Below are positions 51,684 to 60,890 of a DNA stretch of 64,000 nt, one piece after another. Within the stretch, counting starts at the first letter, position 1. Every line of letters begins with the position of its first letter. A program made the translations under genes and the position numbers. The stretch is from Planctomycetota bacterium (GTDB lineage Bacteria > Planctomycetota > UBA1135), in NCBI GenBank assembly GCA_003696625.1, contig RFGR01000132.1, positions 1,909 through 65,908 of the forward strand, in the 5' to 3' direction. Below the pieces are notes generated by a model. The model made no database searches, was not told the DNA's origin, and was given only the letters and a program-made list of their open reading frames with translations.

Positions 51684-52130
51684 TCAGGAGAGCAGCTCGG
51701 CGGTGCCGCCGGCGGCCTCGATCTTGGCCTTGGCCGAAGCGGAGAACTTGTGGGCGCGAACGGTCAGGGCGTGGCCGATCTCCCCCTGGCCGAGGACCTT
51801 CAGCAGACCGCCGGTGCGGCGGCTGAGGCCGCGGGCCAGGATCTGCTCGAGCCCGACCTCACTGCCGGCCTCGAAAACGCCGAGCTGCTCGACGTTGACC
51901 AGGGTGTAGTGTTTCTTGAAGCGGGCGTTGGTGAAGCCTCGCTTCGGCACCTTGCGGTAGAGCGGCATCTGCCCGCCCTCGAAGCCGGGGCGGGAGTTGT
52001 CGCCGGAGCGGGAACGCTGGCCCTTGTGGCCGCGGCCGGCCGTCTTGCCCAGGCCGGAGCCGACGCCGCGGCCGACCCGCTTCCTGGCCCGGTTCTTCTT
52101 GCCCTTGGCGGTGACGTCGTGAATCTGCAT
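51684..52130 (-). CDS. rplO: 50S ribosomal protein L15
   Basis: 148 aa containing KRVGRGVGSGLGKTAGRGHKGQRSRSG. The start shares 1 nt with the rpsE stop (TGATG). Confidence 0.96.
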   Translation of the reverse strand: MQIHDVTAKGKKNRARKRVGRGVGSGLGKTAGRGHKGQRSRSGDNSRPGFEGGQMPLYRKVPKRGFTNARFKKHYTLVNVEQLGVFEAGSEVGLEQILARGLSRRTGGLLKVLGQGEIGHALTVRAHKFSASAKAKIEAAGGTAELLS

Positions 52131-52648
52131 CAGAGTTCGATCCCGCGGGCGTCGGAGATCATCTCCTTGGTCCGCAGCTGGGCCAGCCCCTGGATGGTGG
52201 CCTTGACCAGGTTGATGGGATTGGTGGAGCCGTAGGCCTTGGTCAGGACGTCCTTGACCCCGGCCAGCTCGAGCACCGCCCGGACGGTGCCGCCGGCGAT
52301 GATGCCGGTACCCTCGGCGGCGGGAATCAGCCGGACCCGCGAGGAGCAGAAGCTGCCCTCGACCTCGTGCGGAATGGTGGTGCCGACCCGCGGCACCCGG
52401 ATCAGGTGCTTGCGGCCGTCCTTGAACGCCTTCTGCATCGCCGCCGGGATCTCCTTGGCCTTGCCGAAGCCGTAGCCGACGACGCCGTCCTGGTTGCCGA
52501 CCACGGTCAGGGCCGAGAAGGCGAAGCGGCGGCCGCCCTTGACCACCTTGGCGGTCCGGTTGACCTTGAGCCGCTCCTCCTTGAGCTCGCCGAGCTTTTC
52601 GGCCTCGGCGCGGTCCAGGTAGCTGATCTTCTCTCTGCTCTTGCCCAT
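52130..52648 (-). CDS. rpsE: 30S ribosomal protein S5
   Basis: ATG at 52648; 172 aa. Sequences VNRTAKVVKGGRRFAFSALTVVGNQDGVVGYGFGKAKE and GTGIIAGGTVRAVLELAG. Confidence 0.95.
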   Translation of the reverse strand: MGKSREKISYLDRAEAEKLGELKEERLKVNRTAKVVKGGRRFAFSALTVVGNQDGVVGYGFGKAKEIPAAMQKAFKDGRKHLIRVPRVGTTIPHEVEGSFCSSRVRLIPAAEGTGIIAGGTVRAVLELAGVKDVLTKAYGSTNPINLVKATIQGLAQLRTKEMISDARGIEL

Positions 52649-52656
52649 CTCGGCTC

Positions 52657-53031
52657 CTAGAACTTCAGGCCCCCCTCCCGGGCGGCGTCGGCGAGCGCCT
52701 TGACCCGCCCGTGATAGAGATAGCGGCCGCGATCGAAGGCGACCGCGGTGACGCCGGCGGCGGTCGCCCGCTGGGCGATGACGGCGCCGACGGCGGCGGC
52801 CCGTTCGGTCTTCGACTTGCCGGCCAGCTCCTCGCGCAGGCTCGGCTCGAGGTCGGAGGCCGCGGCCAAGGTACAACCCTGGCGGTCGTCGATGACCTGC
52901 ACCGAGATGTGCTTCAGGCTGCGGTTGACCGACAGCCGCGGCCGGTCGGAGACGGCGCGCAGACGACGGCGGACGCTGCGGGCCTTGCGCAGCCGGCGCC
53001 GCCACTTCCTCTTCTGCTGGGTGTGGTCCAT
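52657..53031 (-). CDS. rplR: 50S ribosomal protein L18
   Basis: 124 aa. Sequences [20 protein letters not shown] and [26 protein letters not shown]. Confidence 0.96.
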   Translation of the reverse strand: MDHTQQKRKWRRRLRKARSVRRRLRAVSDRPRLSVNRSLKHISVQVIDDRQGCTLAAASDLEPSLREELAGKSKTERAAAVGAVIAQRATAAGVTAVAFDRGRYLYHGRVKALADAAREGGLKF

Positions 53032-53037
53032 GGTTCA

Positions 53038-53580
53038 TCAAGCGAGGGCCTTGCCGGCCTTGCGCCGGACCTCTTCCCCCTTGTAGCGGATGCCCTTGCC
53101 CTTGTAGGGCTCGGGCGGACGGACGCGACGAATGTTGGCGGCGAACTGGCCGACGGCCTGCTTGTCGGCGCCGCTGACGACGATCTCGGTCGGTGAGACC
53201 AGGCTGACCGTGACTCCCTCCGGCGGCTCGCACTTGACCGGGTGGCAGAAGCCGATCTGCATCTCGATCGCGTTGCCGACCTGCTTGGCGTTCCAGCCGG
53301 TGCCGACGATCTCGAGCGAGCGGCTGAAGCCTTCGCTGACCCCGGTCACCATGTTGGCGATGTGGGCCCGGACCAGGCCGTGGAAAGCGGCGGCGCGCTT
53401 GGCCGAACCGGCGCCGCTGCGTCCGACCCGGACCTCGTTGTCGGCGACCTCGACCGTCACCTCGGGGAAAAGCGGGAAACTCAGCTCCCCCTTCGGCCCC
53501 TTGACGCGGACGGAGTCGGAGCCGACGGTGACCTCGACCCCGGCGGGAATGGGAACGGGCTTCTTGCCGATGCGGGACAT
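53038..53580 (-). CDS. rplF: 50S ribosomal protein L6
   Basis: 180 aa starting MSRIGKKPVPIPAGVEVTV. Confidence 0.97.
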   Translation of the reverse strand: MSRIGKKPVPIPAGVEVTVGSDSVRVKGPKGELSFPLFPEVTVEVADNEVRVGRSGAGSAKRAAAFHGLVRAHIANMVTGVSEGFSRSLEIVGTGWNAKQVGNAIEMQIGFCHPVKCEPPEGVTVSLVSPTEIVVSGADKQAVGQFAANIRRVRPPEPYKGKGIRYKGEEVRRKAGKALA

Positions 53581-53583
53581 GGC

Positions 53584-53985
53584 TCAGAAGACGGTGCAGA
53601 GAACCTCACCGCCGACCCCGAGTTCGCGGGCCTTGCGGTCGGAGAGAATCCCCTTCGAGGTGGACAGGATGGTCACGCCCAGGCCGCGGCGGACGACCGG
53701 GATCCGGTCCGCCTTGGCGTAGATCCGGCAGCCGGGCTTGGAGATCCGCTTGAGTTCGGTGATGGCGTTGCGGCCGTCCTCGTCGTACTTGAGCTCGAGG
53801 CGGAGGGTGGCGAAGCCTCCCTCGCCCTCGACGGCGGCGACGTCGGCCAGGTAGCCCTCTTCCTTGAGAACCAGGGCGAGGGCGCTCTTCAGGCGGGAGG
53901 AGGGAACCTCCACCTGCTTGCGGCGCACCTGGATGCCGTTGCGGATCCGGGTCAGCATGTCGGCGATCGGGTCGGTCATCGTCAT
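53584..53985 (-). CDS. rpsH: 30S ribosomal protein S8
   Basis: ATG at 53985; 133 aa starting MTMTDPIADMLTRIRNG. Confidence 0.95.
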   Translation of the reverse strand: MTMTDPIADMLTRIRNGIQVRRKQVEVPSSRLKSALALVLKEEGYLADVAAVEGEGGFATLRLELKYDEDGRNAITELKRISKPGCRIYAKADRIPVVRRGLGVTILSTSKGILSDRKARELGVGGEVLCTVF

Positions 53986-53998
53986 GGCGGATCCTCGT

Positions 53999-54304
53999 TC
54001 ACCAGGAGGCCTTGCGCACCCCGGGCAGCTCGCCGGCGTGAGCCAGGCGGCGGAAGACGAGGCGCGAGACACCGAACTTGCGGTAGTAGGCCCGCGGCCG
54101 GCCGGTGATGGCGCAGCGGTTGTGCAGCCGGACCGGGCTCGAGTCGCGGGGCAGGGCGTGCAGCTTGCGGTAGGCCTCGGCCTTGTCCTCCAGGGAGGCC
54201 TCCGGGTCCTTGATCACGGCGACCAGGGCGGCCCGCCGTTCGGCGTACTGGGCCACCAGACGGCGGCGCTTCAACTCTCGGTTCTTGGCGCTGGTCTTGG
54301 CCAT
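53999..54304 (-). CDS. rpsN: 30S ribosomal protein S14 (long, non-zinc form)
   Basis: 101 aa. Sequences [20 protein letters not shown] and [41 protein letters not shown]. Confidence 0.96.
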   Translation of the reverse strand: MAKTSAKNRELKRRRLVAQYAERRAALVAVIKDPEASLEDKAEAYRKLHALPRDSSPVRLHNRCAITGRPRAYYRKFGVSRLVFRRLAHAGELPGVRKASW

Positions 54305-54307
54305 GGG

Positions 54308-54856
54308 TCAGTCCTGTTGGCGGCGCCGGAAGGGCATACCGAAGCCCTCGAGCAGGGCGCGGCCCTCGGCGTCGGTCTGGGCGCTGGTGACGAAGGTGAC
54401 GTTCATGCCCTGCTGGTGCTCGACCTTGTCCAGATCGATTTCGGGGAAGAGCGACTGCTCGGTCAGGCCGAGGCTGAAGTTGCCGCGGCCGTCGAAGTTG
54501 TCCTTGACGCCCTGGAAGTCGCGGATCCGGGGCAGCACGACCGAGATCAACCGGTCGAGGAACTCGTACATCCGCTCGCCGCGCAGGGTGGCGACGGCGC
54601 CGACGGGCATGCCCTCGCGGACCTTGAAGCCGGCGACCGACTTCTTGGCCTTGGTGATCAGAGCCTTCTGGCCGGTGATCCGGGACAGGTCCTTGGCCGC
54701 CGCCTCGACCCGCGCCTTGTTCTCGATGGCGCCGCCGACCCCCATGCTGACGACGATCTTGAGCAGGCGGGGAATCTGATGGGGATTGCGGTAGCCGAAG
54801 CGCTCGCTCAGCTCCTTGCTGATCTCGTTCTTGAACTTCTCGGCGAGGCGGGCCAT
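54308..54856 (-). CDS. rplE: 50S ribosomal protein L5
   Basis: 182 aa containing YRNPHQIPRLLKIVVSMGVG. Confidence 0.97.
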   Translation of the reverse strand: MARLAEKFKNEISKELSERFGYRNPHQIPRLLKIVVSMGVGGAIENKARVEAAAKDLSRITGQKALITKAKKSVAGFKVREGMPVGAVATLRGERMYEFLDRLISVVLPRIRDFQGVKDNFDGRGNFSLGLTEQSLFPEIDLDKVEHQQGMNVTFVTSAQTDAEGRALLEGFGMPFRRRQQD

Positions 54857-54861
54857 GGCGA

Positions 54862-55182
54862 TCAGTCGAACTTGGTGCCGCAGGGGATGCCGACGCGGAT
54901 CTTGCGGTCGTCCTGGATCTCGATGCGGGTGCGAACGCCCTTGCCGGCCTTCTCGCTCCAGAGGAGCACGTTGCTGGCCGGGATCGGGACTTCCCGCTCG
55001 ACCGTCCCGCCCTGCGGATTGGCGGTGGTCTTGGGCAGTCGCTTGAGGCGCAGGTTGACGCCCTCGACGACGACCCGGCCTTCGCGCGGATAGGTGTGGA
55101 GGACCCGACCGCGCCGGCCGCGTTCGTTGCCGGCGATGACGACGACTTCGTCGCCCTTCTTGACGTGGAGCTTGGCGGCCAT
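54862..55182 (-). CDS. rplX: 50S ribosomal protein L24
   Basis: 106 aa starting MAAKLHVKKGDEVVVIAGNERGRRGRVL. Confidence 0.96.
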   Translation of the reverse strand: MAAKLHVKKGDEVVVIAGNERGRRGRVLHTYPREGRVVVEGVNLRLKRLPKTTANPQGGTVEREVPIPASNVLLWSEKAGKGVRTRIEIQDDRKIRVGIPCGTKFD

Positions 55183-55183
55183 C

Positions 55184-55552
55184 TCAAACGACCTCCTGGG
55201 CCAGGGAAACGATCTTCATGTAGCTGCGCTCGCGCAGCTCGCGGGCGACGGCGCCGAAGATGCGGGTGCCCTTGGGATTGCCCTCGCCGTCGATCAGGAC
55301 CAGGGCGTTGCTGTCGAAGCGAACGTAGCTGCCGTCCTTCCGCCGGACCCGCTGCTTGGTCCGGACGATGACACCGCGGACCACCTCGCCGGTCTTGACG
55401 TCGCCGCCGGGCACGGCCTTCTTGACCGAGGCGACGATGACGTCGCCGAGGCCGGCGAAGCGGCGCTTGGAACCGCCCAGCACCTTGATGCACGTGACTT
55501 CGCGGGCGCCGCTGTTGTCGGCGACGTCGAGTCGGGTCTGCATCTGGATCAT
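55184..55552 (-). CDS. rplN: 50S ribosomal protein L14
   Basis: 122 aa starting [28 protein letters not shown]. Confidence 0.97.
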   Translation of the reverse strand: MIQMQTRLDVADNSGAREVTCIKVLGGSKRRFAGLGDVIVASVKKAVPGGDVKTGEVVRGVIVRTKQRVRRKDGSYVRFDSNALVLIDGEGNPKGTRIFGAVARELRERSYMKIVSLAQEVV

Positions 55553-55574
55553 GGCTCTTCTCCTCGCGAACGGA

Positions 55575-55865
55575 CTAGGCCGAGGCCTCCAGGACCTTGA
55601 CCAGGCGCCAGCGCTTGAGCTTGCTCAGCGGCCGGGTGCCCATGATCTCGACCTTGTCCCCGACTTTGGCCTGTTCGGCCTCGTCGTGGGCGTAGAACTT
55701 GCGCCGCATGCGCAGGGTCTTCTTGTACAGGGGATGCCGGGTGACGTGCTCGACCCGGACGACGATGGTCTTGGCCATCGCGGTGCCGATCACGGTGCCG
55801 CGCAGCACCTTGCGGGTGCCCCGCTCCCGGGCGGCGTCGGCTTGCGTCTCTTGGTGTTCGCTCAT
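55575..55865 (-). CDS. rpsQ: 30S ribosomal protein S17
   Basis: 96 aa containing [31 protein letters not shown]. Confidence 0.96.
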   Translation of the reverse strand: MSEHQETQADAARERGTRKVLRGTVIGTAMAKTIVVRVEHVTRHPLYKKTLRMRRKFYAHDEAEQAKVGDKVEIMGTRPLSKLKRWRLVKVLEASA

Positions 55866-55870
55866 GTCGA

Positions 55871-56083
55871 TCAGCGCGGCTCCTGGCCGCGGATGCGCAG
55901 CTCCCGCTCGCGCAGGACGGTCTTCATGCGGGCGATGTCCCGGCGCAGGCGCCGGATCCGAGCCGGGTCGGGGTTGCCCTCGGTGAGGGACCGGAAACGG
56001 AGATCGAACAGTTCCTGCTCGGCCTGGCGGAGGTCGAACTCGATCTCGCTGTCTTCCTTGCCGCGGATTTCGGTGGCGTCCAT
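55871..56083 (-). CDS. rpmC: 50S ribosomal protein L29
   Basis: 70 aa containing LRQAEQELFDLRFR...RRLRRDIARMKTVLRE; canonical slot between rplP and rpsQ. Confidence 0.93.
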   Translation of the reverse strand: MDATEIRGKEDSEIEFDLRQAEQELFDLRFRSLTEGNPDPARIRRLRRDIARMKTVLRERELRIRGQEPR

Positions 56084-56085
56084 GG

Positions 56086-56592
56086 CTAGATGTGCTTCCT
56101 GGCGATCATGCGCACCCGCATCGGCATCTTGTGGGCGACGCGGTTGAAGGCCTTGCGGGCGGTGATCTCGTCGACCCCGCCCAGCTCATAGAGGACGGTG
56201 CCCGGCTTGACGACCGCGACCCAGCGGTCGACGTCGCCCTTGCCGGAGCCCATCCGGACCTCCAGCGGCTTGGCCGTGACCGACTTGTGCGGGAAAACCC
56301 GGATCCAAAGCTTGGCGTCGGCCGCGGCCCGGCCGGCGGCGATCCGGCCGGCCTCGATCGAACGGGCGCTCAGCCACCCCCACTCCAGGGCCTGGAGCCC
56401 GAAATCGCCGAAGGCGACGGTGTTGCCGCGGGTGGCCTTGGCCCGGCACGGCCCCTTGATCGGCTTGCGGCGGGTCTTGAGGTGCTGCTTGCGCGCGGCC
56501 GGCCCGCGCCCGCCGGGCACGGTCGAGGCGTAGGTGCCCTTGATCTTGCCCCGCTGGGTCTTGCGGTACTTGACTCGCTTCGGCATCAACAT
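56086..56592 (-). CDS. rplP: 50S ribosomal protein L16 (with an N-terminal insertion of about 32 aa)
   Basis: 168 aa. Starts MLMPKRVKYRKTQRGKIKG, then an insertion, then KATRGNTVAFGDFGLQA...PLEVRMGSGKGDVDRWVAVVKPG. Confidence 0.95.
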   Translation of the reverse strand: MLMPKRVKYRKTQRGKIKGTYASTVPGGRGPAARKQHLKTRRKPIKGPCRAKATRGNTVAFGDFGLQALEWGWLSARSIEAGRIAAGRAAADAKLWIRVFPHKSVTAKPLEVRMGSGKGDVDRWVAVVKPGTVLYELGGVDEITARKAFNRVAHKMPMRVRMIARKHI

Positions 56593-56614
56593 GGTGCTTC
56601 TCCCCGCTCTCGGC

Positions 56615-57247
56615 CTAGAGGCGGACCGTGTCGCCGGTGTAGATCCAGACCTTGACGCCGAGGACGCCGTAGGTGGTCTTGGCCTCGGCGAAGCCGTAGT
56701 CGGTGCGCGCGGCCAGGGTCTGGAGGGGGATCCGACCCATGCGCTGGGTCAGGGTTCGGCTCATCTCAGCGCCGTCGATGCGGCCGCTGACCTGGATCTT
56801 GGCGCCCTCGGCGCCGGCGTTCATGGTGTTCTCGAGAACGCGCTTCATCTGCCGGCGCGGCGACACCCGGCGCTCGATCGCCGCCGCCAGATTCTCGGCG
56901 ACGGTGATGGCGTCGAGATCCCAGTGCCGGACCTCCTGGATGTCGAGCTTGACCTCGAGGCCGGTCAGCTTCTCGAGGTCGGCGACCAGAGCGTCGCGGG
57001 TGGCGTAGCCGCGGCCGATCACCTCGCCCTTGCGGGTGGCGAGGATCATGATCGTCATCCGGTCGCCGCGCCGCTGGATCTCGATCCGCGAGATGATGCC
57101 CTTGCGGAAGCGGTCCTTGATCAGACGCCGGACCTTGTAGTCCATCTGCAACCGCTCGCCGTACTCGCGGCCGCGCGCGAACCAGCGCGACCGCCACGGC
57201 TCGCTGATGCCGATGCGGAAGCCGATCGGGTGGATCTTCTGTCCCAT
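56615..57247 (-). CDS. rpsC: 30S ribosomal protein S3
   Basis: 210 aa starting MGQKIHPIGFRIGI. Confidence 0.97.
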   Translation of the reverse strand: MGQKIHPIGFRIGISEPWRSRWFARGREYGERLQMDYKVRRLIKDRFRKGIISRIEIQRRGDRMTIMILATRKGEVIGRGYATRDALVADLEKLTGLEVKLDIQEVRHWDLDAITVAENLAAAIERRVSPRRQMKRVLENTMNAGAEGAKIQVSGRIDGAEMSRTLTQRMGRIPLQTLAARTDYGFAEAKTTYGVLGVKVWIYTGDTVRL

Positions 57248-57249
57248 GT

Positions 57250-57600
57250 TCAGCTGGCCTCCCGCTCGGAGAGGACGATCTTGATGTGCGAGGTACGGCG
57301 CCGGATCGGGTTCGACCGGCCCATCGAGCCGGGCCGGTAGCGGATCCGACCGTGGATCAGCGGCCCCTCGTCGACGCGGGCGTCGCGGACGATCAGGGAG
57401 TTGACGTCGACCGCCTCGTTCTGACCGGCGTTGGCCACGGCCGAACGCAGCACCTTGCCGATCAGGGCGGCGCCGCGGGTCTGGGTGACCGCCAGGACGT
57501 CGAGGGCGCGGTTGACGTCGAGGCCGCGGATCAGATCGGCGGCCGGACGGGCCTTCTTGGCCGAGATGTGCGCGTAACGGTGGGAGGCGCGGAAGTCCAT
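57250..57600 (-). CDS. rplV: 50S ribosomal protein L22
   Basis: 116 aa. Sequences ISAKKARPAADLIRG and RRRTSHIKIVL. Confidence 0.96.
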   Translation of the reverse strand: MDFRASHRYAHISAKKARPAADLIRGLDVNRALDVLAVTQTRGAALIGKVLRSAVANAGQNEAVDVNSLIVRDARVDEGPLIHGRIRYRPGSMGRSNPIRRRTSHIKIVLSEREAS

Positions 57601-57607
57601 CTGCTGG

Positions 57608-57868
57608 CTACTTCTTCTCGTGGCCGCGGAAGGTGCGGGTGGGCGAGAACTCGCCCAGACGGTGGCCGACCATGTCCTCGGTGACGAAGACCTTCCAGAA
57701 GGTCTTGCCGTTGTGGACCATGAAGGTCATGCCGACGTACTCGGGCAGAATGGTCGAGGCGCGCGCCCAGGTCTTGATCGGCTTGCGGTCGCCGGCGGCC
57801 TGGGCCTTCTCGACCTTGCGCTGGAGCCTGGGATCGATCCAGGGACCCTTCTTGACGCTGCGGGCCAT
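57608..57868 (-). CDS. rpsS: 30S ribosomal protein S19
   Basis: 86 aa. Sequences [15 protein letters not shown] and [16 protein letters not shown]. Confidence 0.97.
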   Translation of the reverse strand: MARSVKKGPWIDPRLQRKVEKAQAAGDRKPIKTWARASTILPEYVGMTFMVHNGKTFWKVFVTEDMVGHRLGEFSPTRTFRGHEKK

Positions 57869-57872
57869 GGGA

Positions 57873-58706
57873 CTACCTCACCCCCTTCTTGCGGCGGCGG
57901 ACGATGAACTTGTTGGTGGTCTTGCGCACGTTGCGGGTCTTCGAGCCCTTGGCCGGCTTGCCCCAGGGCGACACCGGGTGCTTGCCCTTGGTCCGGCCCT
58001 CGCCGCCGCCGTGCGGGTGGGCGGCGGGGTACATGGCGACGCCGCGGACGTGGGGCCGCTTGCCCATGTGGCGCTTGCGGCCGGCCTTGCCCAGCTTGAC
58101 GTTCTGGTGGTCGGCGTTGCCGACCTCGCCGATAGTCGCCCGGCAGCGGACGTGGACCCGGCGCAACTCGCCGCTCGGCAGGGCGATGAGGGCGTAGTCG
58201 CCCTCGCGGGCGGCCAGGCGGGCGCTGGCGCCGGCGGCGCGGACCATTTTGCCCCCCTGGCCGGGACGCAGCTCGATGTTGTGGACGGTCATGCCGAGCG
58301 GCATGTCGCCCAGCTCCATGGCGCAGCCGGTCCGCGGTTCGGCGTCGGGGCCGGAGCTGACGACGTCCCCCTGGGCGAGGCCCTTGGGCCAGAGGATGTA
58401 GCGCTTCTCGCCGTCGGCGTAGTGAAGCAGGGCGATGTAGGCCGACCGGTTGGGGTCGTACTCGATGTGCGCGACCCGGGCCGGCACCCCGTCCTTGTTG
58501 CGCTTGAAGTCGATGATCCGGTAGCGCCGTTTGGCGCCGCCGCCGCGATGGCGGGCGGTCACCCGACCGAGGTTGTTGCGGCCGCCGGTCTTCTTCAGCG
58601 GCGCGAGCAGGCTCTTCTCCGGCTTCTGCCGGGTCAGCTCGGCCCGATCGAGGACCGAGCCGCCGCGTCGGCCGGGTGAGGTCGGCTTGTAGGTCTTGAT
58701 TCCCAT
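57873..58706 (-). CDS. rplB: 50S ribosomal protein L2
   Basis: 277 aa. Sequences [15 protein letters not shown] and [29 protein letters not shown]. Confidence 0.97.
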   Translation of the reverse strand: MGIKTYKPTSPGRRGGSVLDRAELTRQKPEKSLLAPLKKTGGRNNLGRVTARHRGGGAKRRYRIIDFKRNKDGVPARVAHIEYDPNRSAYIALLHYADGEKRYILWPKGLAQGDVVSSGPDAEPRTGCAMELGDMPLGMTVHNIELRPGQGGKMVRAAGASARLAAREGDYALIALPSGELRRVHVRCRATIGEVGNADHQNVKLGKAGRKRHMGKRPHVRGVAMYPAAHPHGGGEGRTKGKHPVSPWGKPAKGSKTRNVRKTTNKFIVRRRKKGVR

Positions 58707-58720
58707 CGGTCAGCCTCCGC

Positions 58721-59011
58721 TCAGAGCAGGTCGATCTTGTGGCCCTCGGCCAGGCGGACCACCGCGATCTTCCGCGGCGGGGTGTGGAAGGCGTTCAAGC
58801 CGCGCCGGCGCGGCTTGCCGGGCCGGATCATGGTCCGGACGCTCTCGACTTTGACCTCGAACAGGGCCTCGACGGCCTGGCGGATCTCGATCTTGTTGGC
58901 GCCGCCGGCGACCTCGAACCGGTAGTCGTTGAGCCGGTGCTGCTCCTCGGTCGACTTCTCGGTCAGAACCGGGCGGAGGAGGATCTGGTAGTGCTGGGAG
59001 CGGGAGGTCAT
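58721..59011 (-). CDS. rplW: 50S ribosomal protein L23
   Basis: 96 aa. Sequences LLRPVLTEKS and FEVAGGANKIEIRQAVEALFEVKVESV. Confidence 0.96.
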   Translation of the reverse strand: MTSRSQHYQILLRPVLTEKSTEEQHRLNDYRFEVAGGANKIEIRQAVEALFEVKVESVRTMIRPGKPRRRGLNAFHTPPRKIAVVRLAEGHKIDLL

Positions 59012-59021
59012 GGCTCTTTCC

Positions 59022-59660
59022 TCAGGCCTCCTTGGCCGCCGGCAGGCGGGCGGCCAGCTCGTCCAGGGCGCCCTCTTGAAGGAGCAGCCACTTGTGCGCC
59101 AGCAGGTCGTAGGCGGTGGCCTCGGCCGCCGGCACGACGCGGACGCGCGGGAAGTTGCGGAACGATTTCCAGACCGCTTCGTCCCGACCGCGGGTGACGA
59201 CCAGGGCGCTGCCGCCCGGGGCGGCGGCGGCGAGGACGGCCCGGGCCGTCTTGGCCGAGGGGGCGGTCAAGTCGAGGCCGGTCAGCTCGCGCACCTCGCC
59301 GTCCTGGAGCTTGCCGAGGAGGGCGCTGCGCAGGGCCACCCGCCGCTGCTTGCGCGGCAGATGCCAGCCCCAGCGGCGGGTGTTGCGGGGCCCGAAGATC
59401 GTGCCGCCGCCGCGCCAGAGCGGGCTCTTGCGGTCGCCGGCCCGGGCCCGGCCGGTCTTCTTCTGCTTCCAGGGCTTGCGGGTGTTGCCGGCCACCTCGC
59501 CCCGGGTCTTGGTGTGGGCGTCGCCCTGGCGGCGGTTGGCCTGGTACTGGACCACCGCGTCCTTGAGCGTGCGGTAGAGCGGCTTGTCGCCGAGGGCGAG
59601 GGCGCACTCCCGCTCGCCGGTGGCGCCGCTGGCGACGTCGTAGGTGGTGAGGGTGGTCAT
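59022..59660 (-). CDS. rplD: 50S ribosomal protein L4
   Basis: 212 aa containing [44 protein letters not shown]. Confidence 0.96.
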   Translation of the reverse strand: MTTLTTYDVASGATGERECALALGDKPLYRTLKDAVVQYQANRRQGDAHTKTRGEVAGNTRKPWKQKKTGRARAGDRKSPLWRGGGTIFGPRNTRRWGWHLPRKQRRVALRSALLGKLQDGEVRELTGLDLTAPSAKTARAVLAAAAPGGSALVVTRGRDEAVWKSFRNFPRVRVVPAAEATAYDLLAHKWLLLQEGALDELAARLPAAKEA

Positions 59661-59663
59661 GGT

Positions 59664-60308
59664 CTACTTCTTGACGCCGGTGCGGGCGGTGCGGACCTGG
59701 AGCAGGCCGTTGGGCGGACCGGGGACGCCGCCGCGGACCAGGAGCAGGCCGCGCTCGGGATCGACGCCCTCGACGGTCAGGTTCTTGACCGTCCGCCGGA
59801 CGGCGCCGTAGTGCTTGGCCATGCGGGTGCCCTTGAAGACCCGCCCCGGATAGGCGCAGGCGCCGATGGCGCCGGGCTGGCGGACGTTCATCGAGCCGTG
59901 GGTCTCGCTGCCGCGCCCGAAGCCGTGGGCCTTGATCGTGCCGGCGAAGCCGCGGCCCTTGGAGCGGCCGGTGACGTCGACCAGGTCACCGGGCTGGAAC
60001 TGCTCGACGGTCAGCTCCTGGCCCGGCTCCCAGCCGTCCACGGAGACGGTGCGGAACTCGCGCAGGACCCGGAAGGCCGGCACGCCGGCCTTCTCGGCCG
60101 CGACCCGTTGCGGCTTGCGGACGTGCTTGGCCCGGGCCGGGATGAAGCCGATCTGGACGGCGCAGTAGCCGTCCCGCTCCGGGGTGCGCAGGCCGGTGAC
60201 CGTGCACGGGCCGGCCTCGAGCACGGTGACCGGGACCACCGTGCCGTCCTCGCGGAAGATCTGGGTCATCCCCTTCTTCCGGGCGAGCAGGAACTTGATG
60301 TCGGACAT
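59664..60308 (-). CDS. rplC: 50S ribosomal protein L3
   Basis: 214 aa. Sequences LLARKKGMTQIF and GRSKGRGFAGTIKAHGF. Confidence 0.97.
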   Translation of the reverse strand: MSDIKFLLARKKGMTQIFREDGTVVPVTVLEAGPCTVTGLRTPERDGYCAVQIGFIPARAKHVRKPQRVAAEKAGVPAFRVLREFRTVSVDGWEPGQELTVEQFQPGDLVDVTGRSKGRGFAGTIKAHGFGRGSETHGSMNVRQPGAIGACAYPGRVFKGTRMAKHYGAVRRTVKNLTVEGVDPERGLLLVRGGVPGPPNGLLQVRTARTGVKK

Positions 60309-60389
60309 GGGTCTTCTCGGGGGCCGGTTTCCAGCCGGCGGCGTCGCAGCGGTTCAGGCGAACTTGCGGGAGGGCGGGAGACGTCGACC

Positions 60390-60695
<306 letters not shown>

Positions 60696-60797
60696 GGGGG
60701 GCGTGTGGGCACACAGCTAGCCTCGGCCTTCCCATCCGCCGCTTGCGCCGGCCGGTCCAGGAACAAAACCGAGGCTGGTCCCGAATTCGGGCCAAGC

Positions 60798-60825
60798 ATC
60801 TTACCAGCAAGGGGATGGAGGTCAA
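60798..60825 (-). promoter_or_regulatory. sigma-70-type promoter of the S10 operon
   Basis: The minus strand reads TTGACC - 16 nt - TAAGAT, with TGG immediately 5' of the -10 (extended -10 TGn). It lies about 100 nt upstream of the rpsJ ATG, in the 195-nt fusA-rpsJ gap. Confidence 0.5.
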
Positions 60826-60872
60826 GGCCCGGAGCACCGAAACCTCCCGGGCCGGGCCCGGAGCGACGGGCC

Positions 60873-60890
60873 GGCCGGCCCGGGCCGGCC
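60873..60890 (-). terminator. 18-nt perfect GC palindrome abutting the fusA stop codon (possible stem-loop/attenuator)
   Basis: GGCCGGCCCGGGCCGGCC is its own reverse complement. It starts 1 nt after the fusA TGA. No U-tract follows. Confidence 0.3.

Noticed and set aside
60696-60890. A missing tuf gene, or a small gene, hidden in the fusA-rpsJ gap
   Set aside because: The gap is only 195 nt. It is accounted for by a palindrome, a promoter-like element and a leader.
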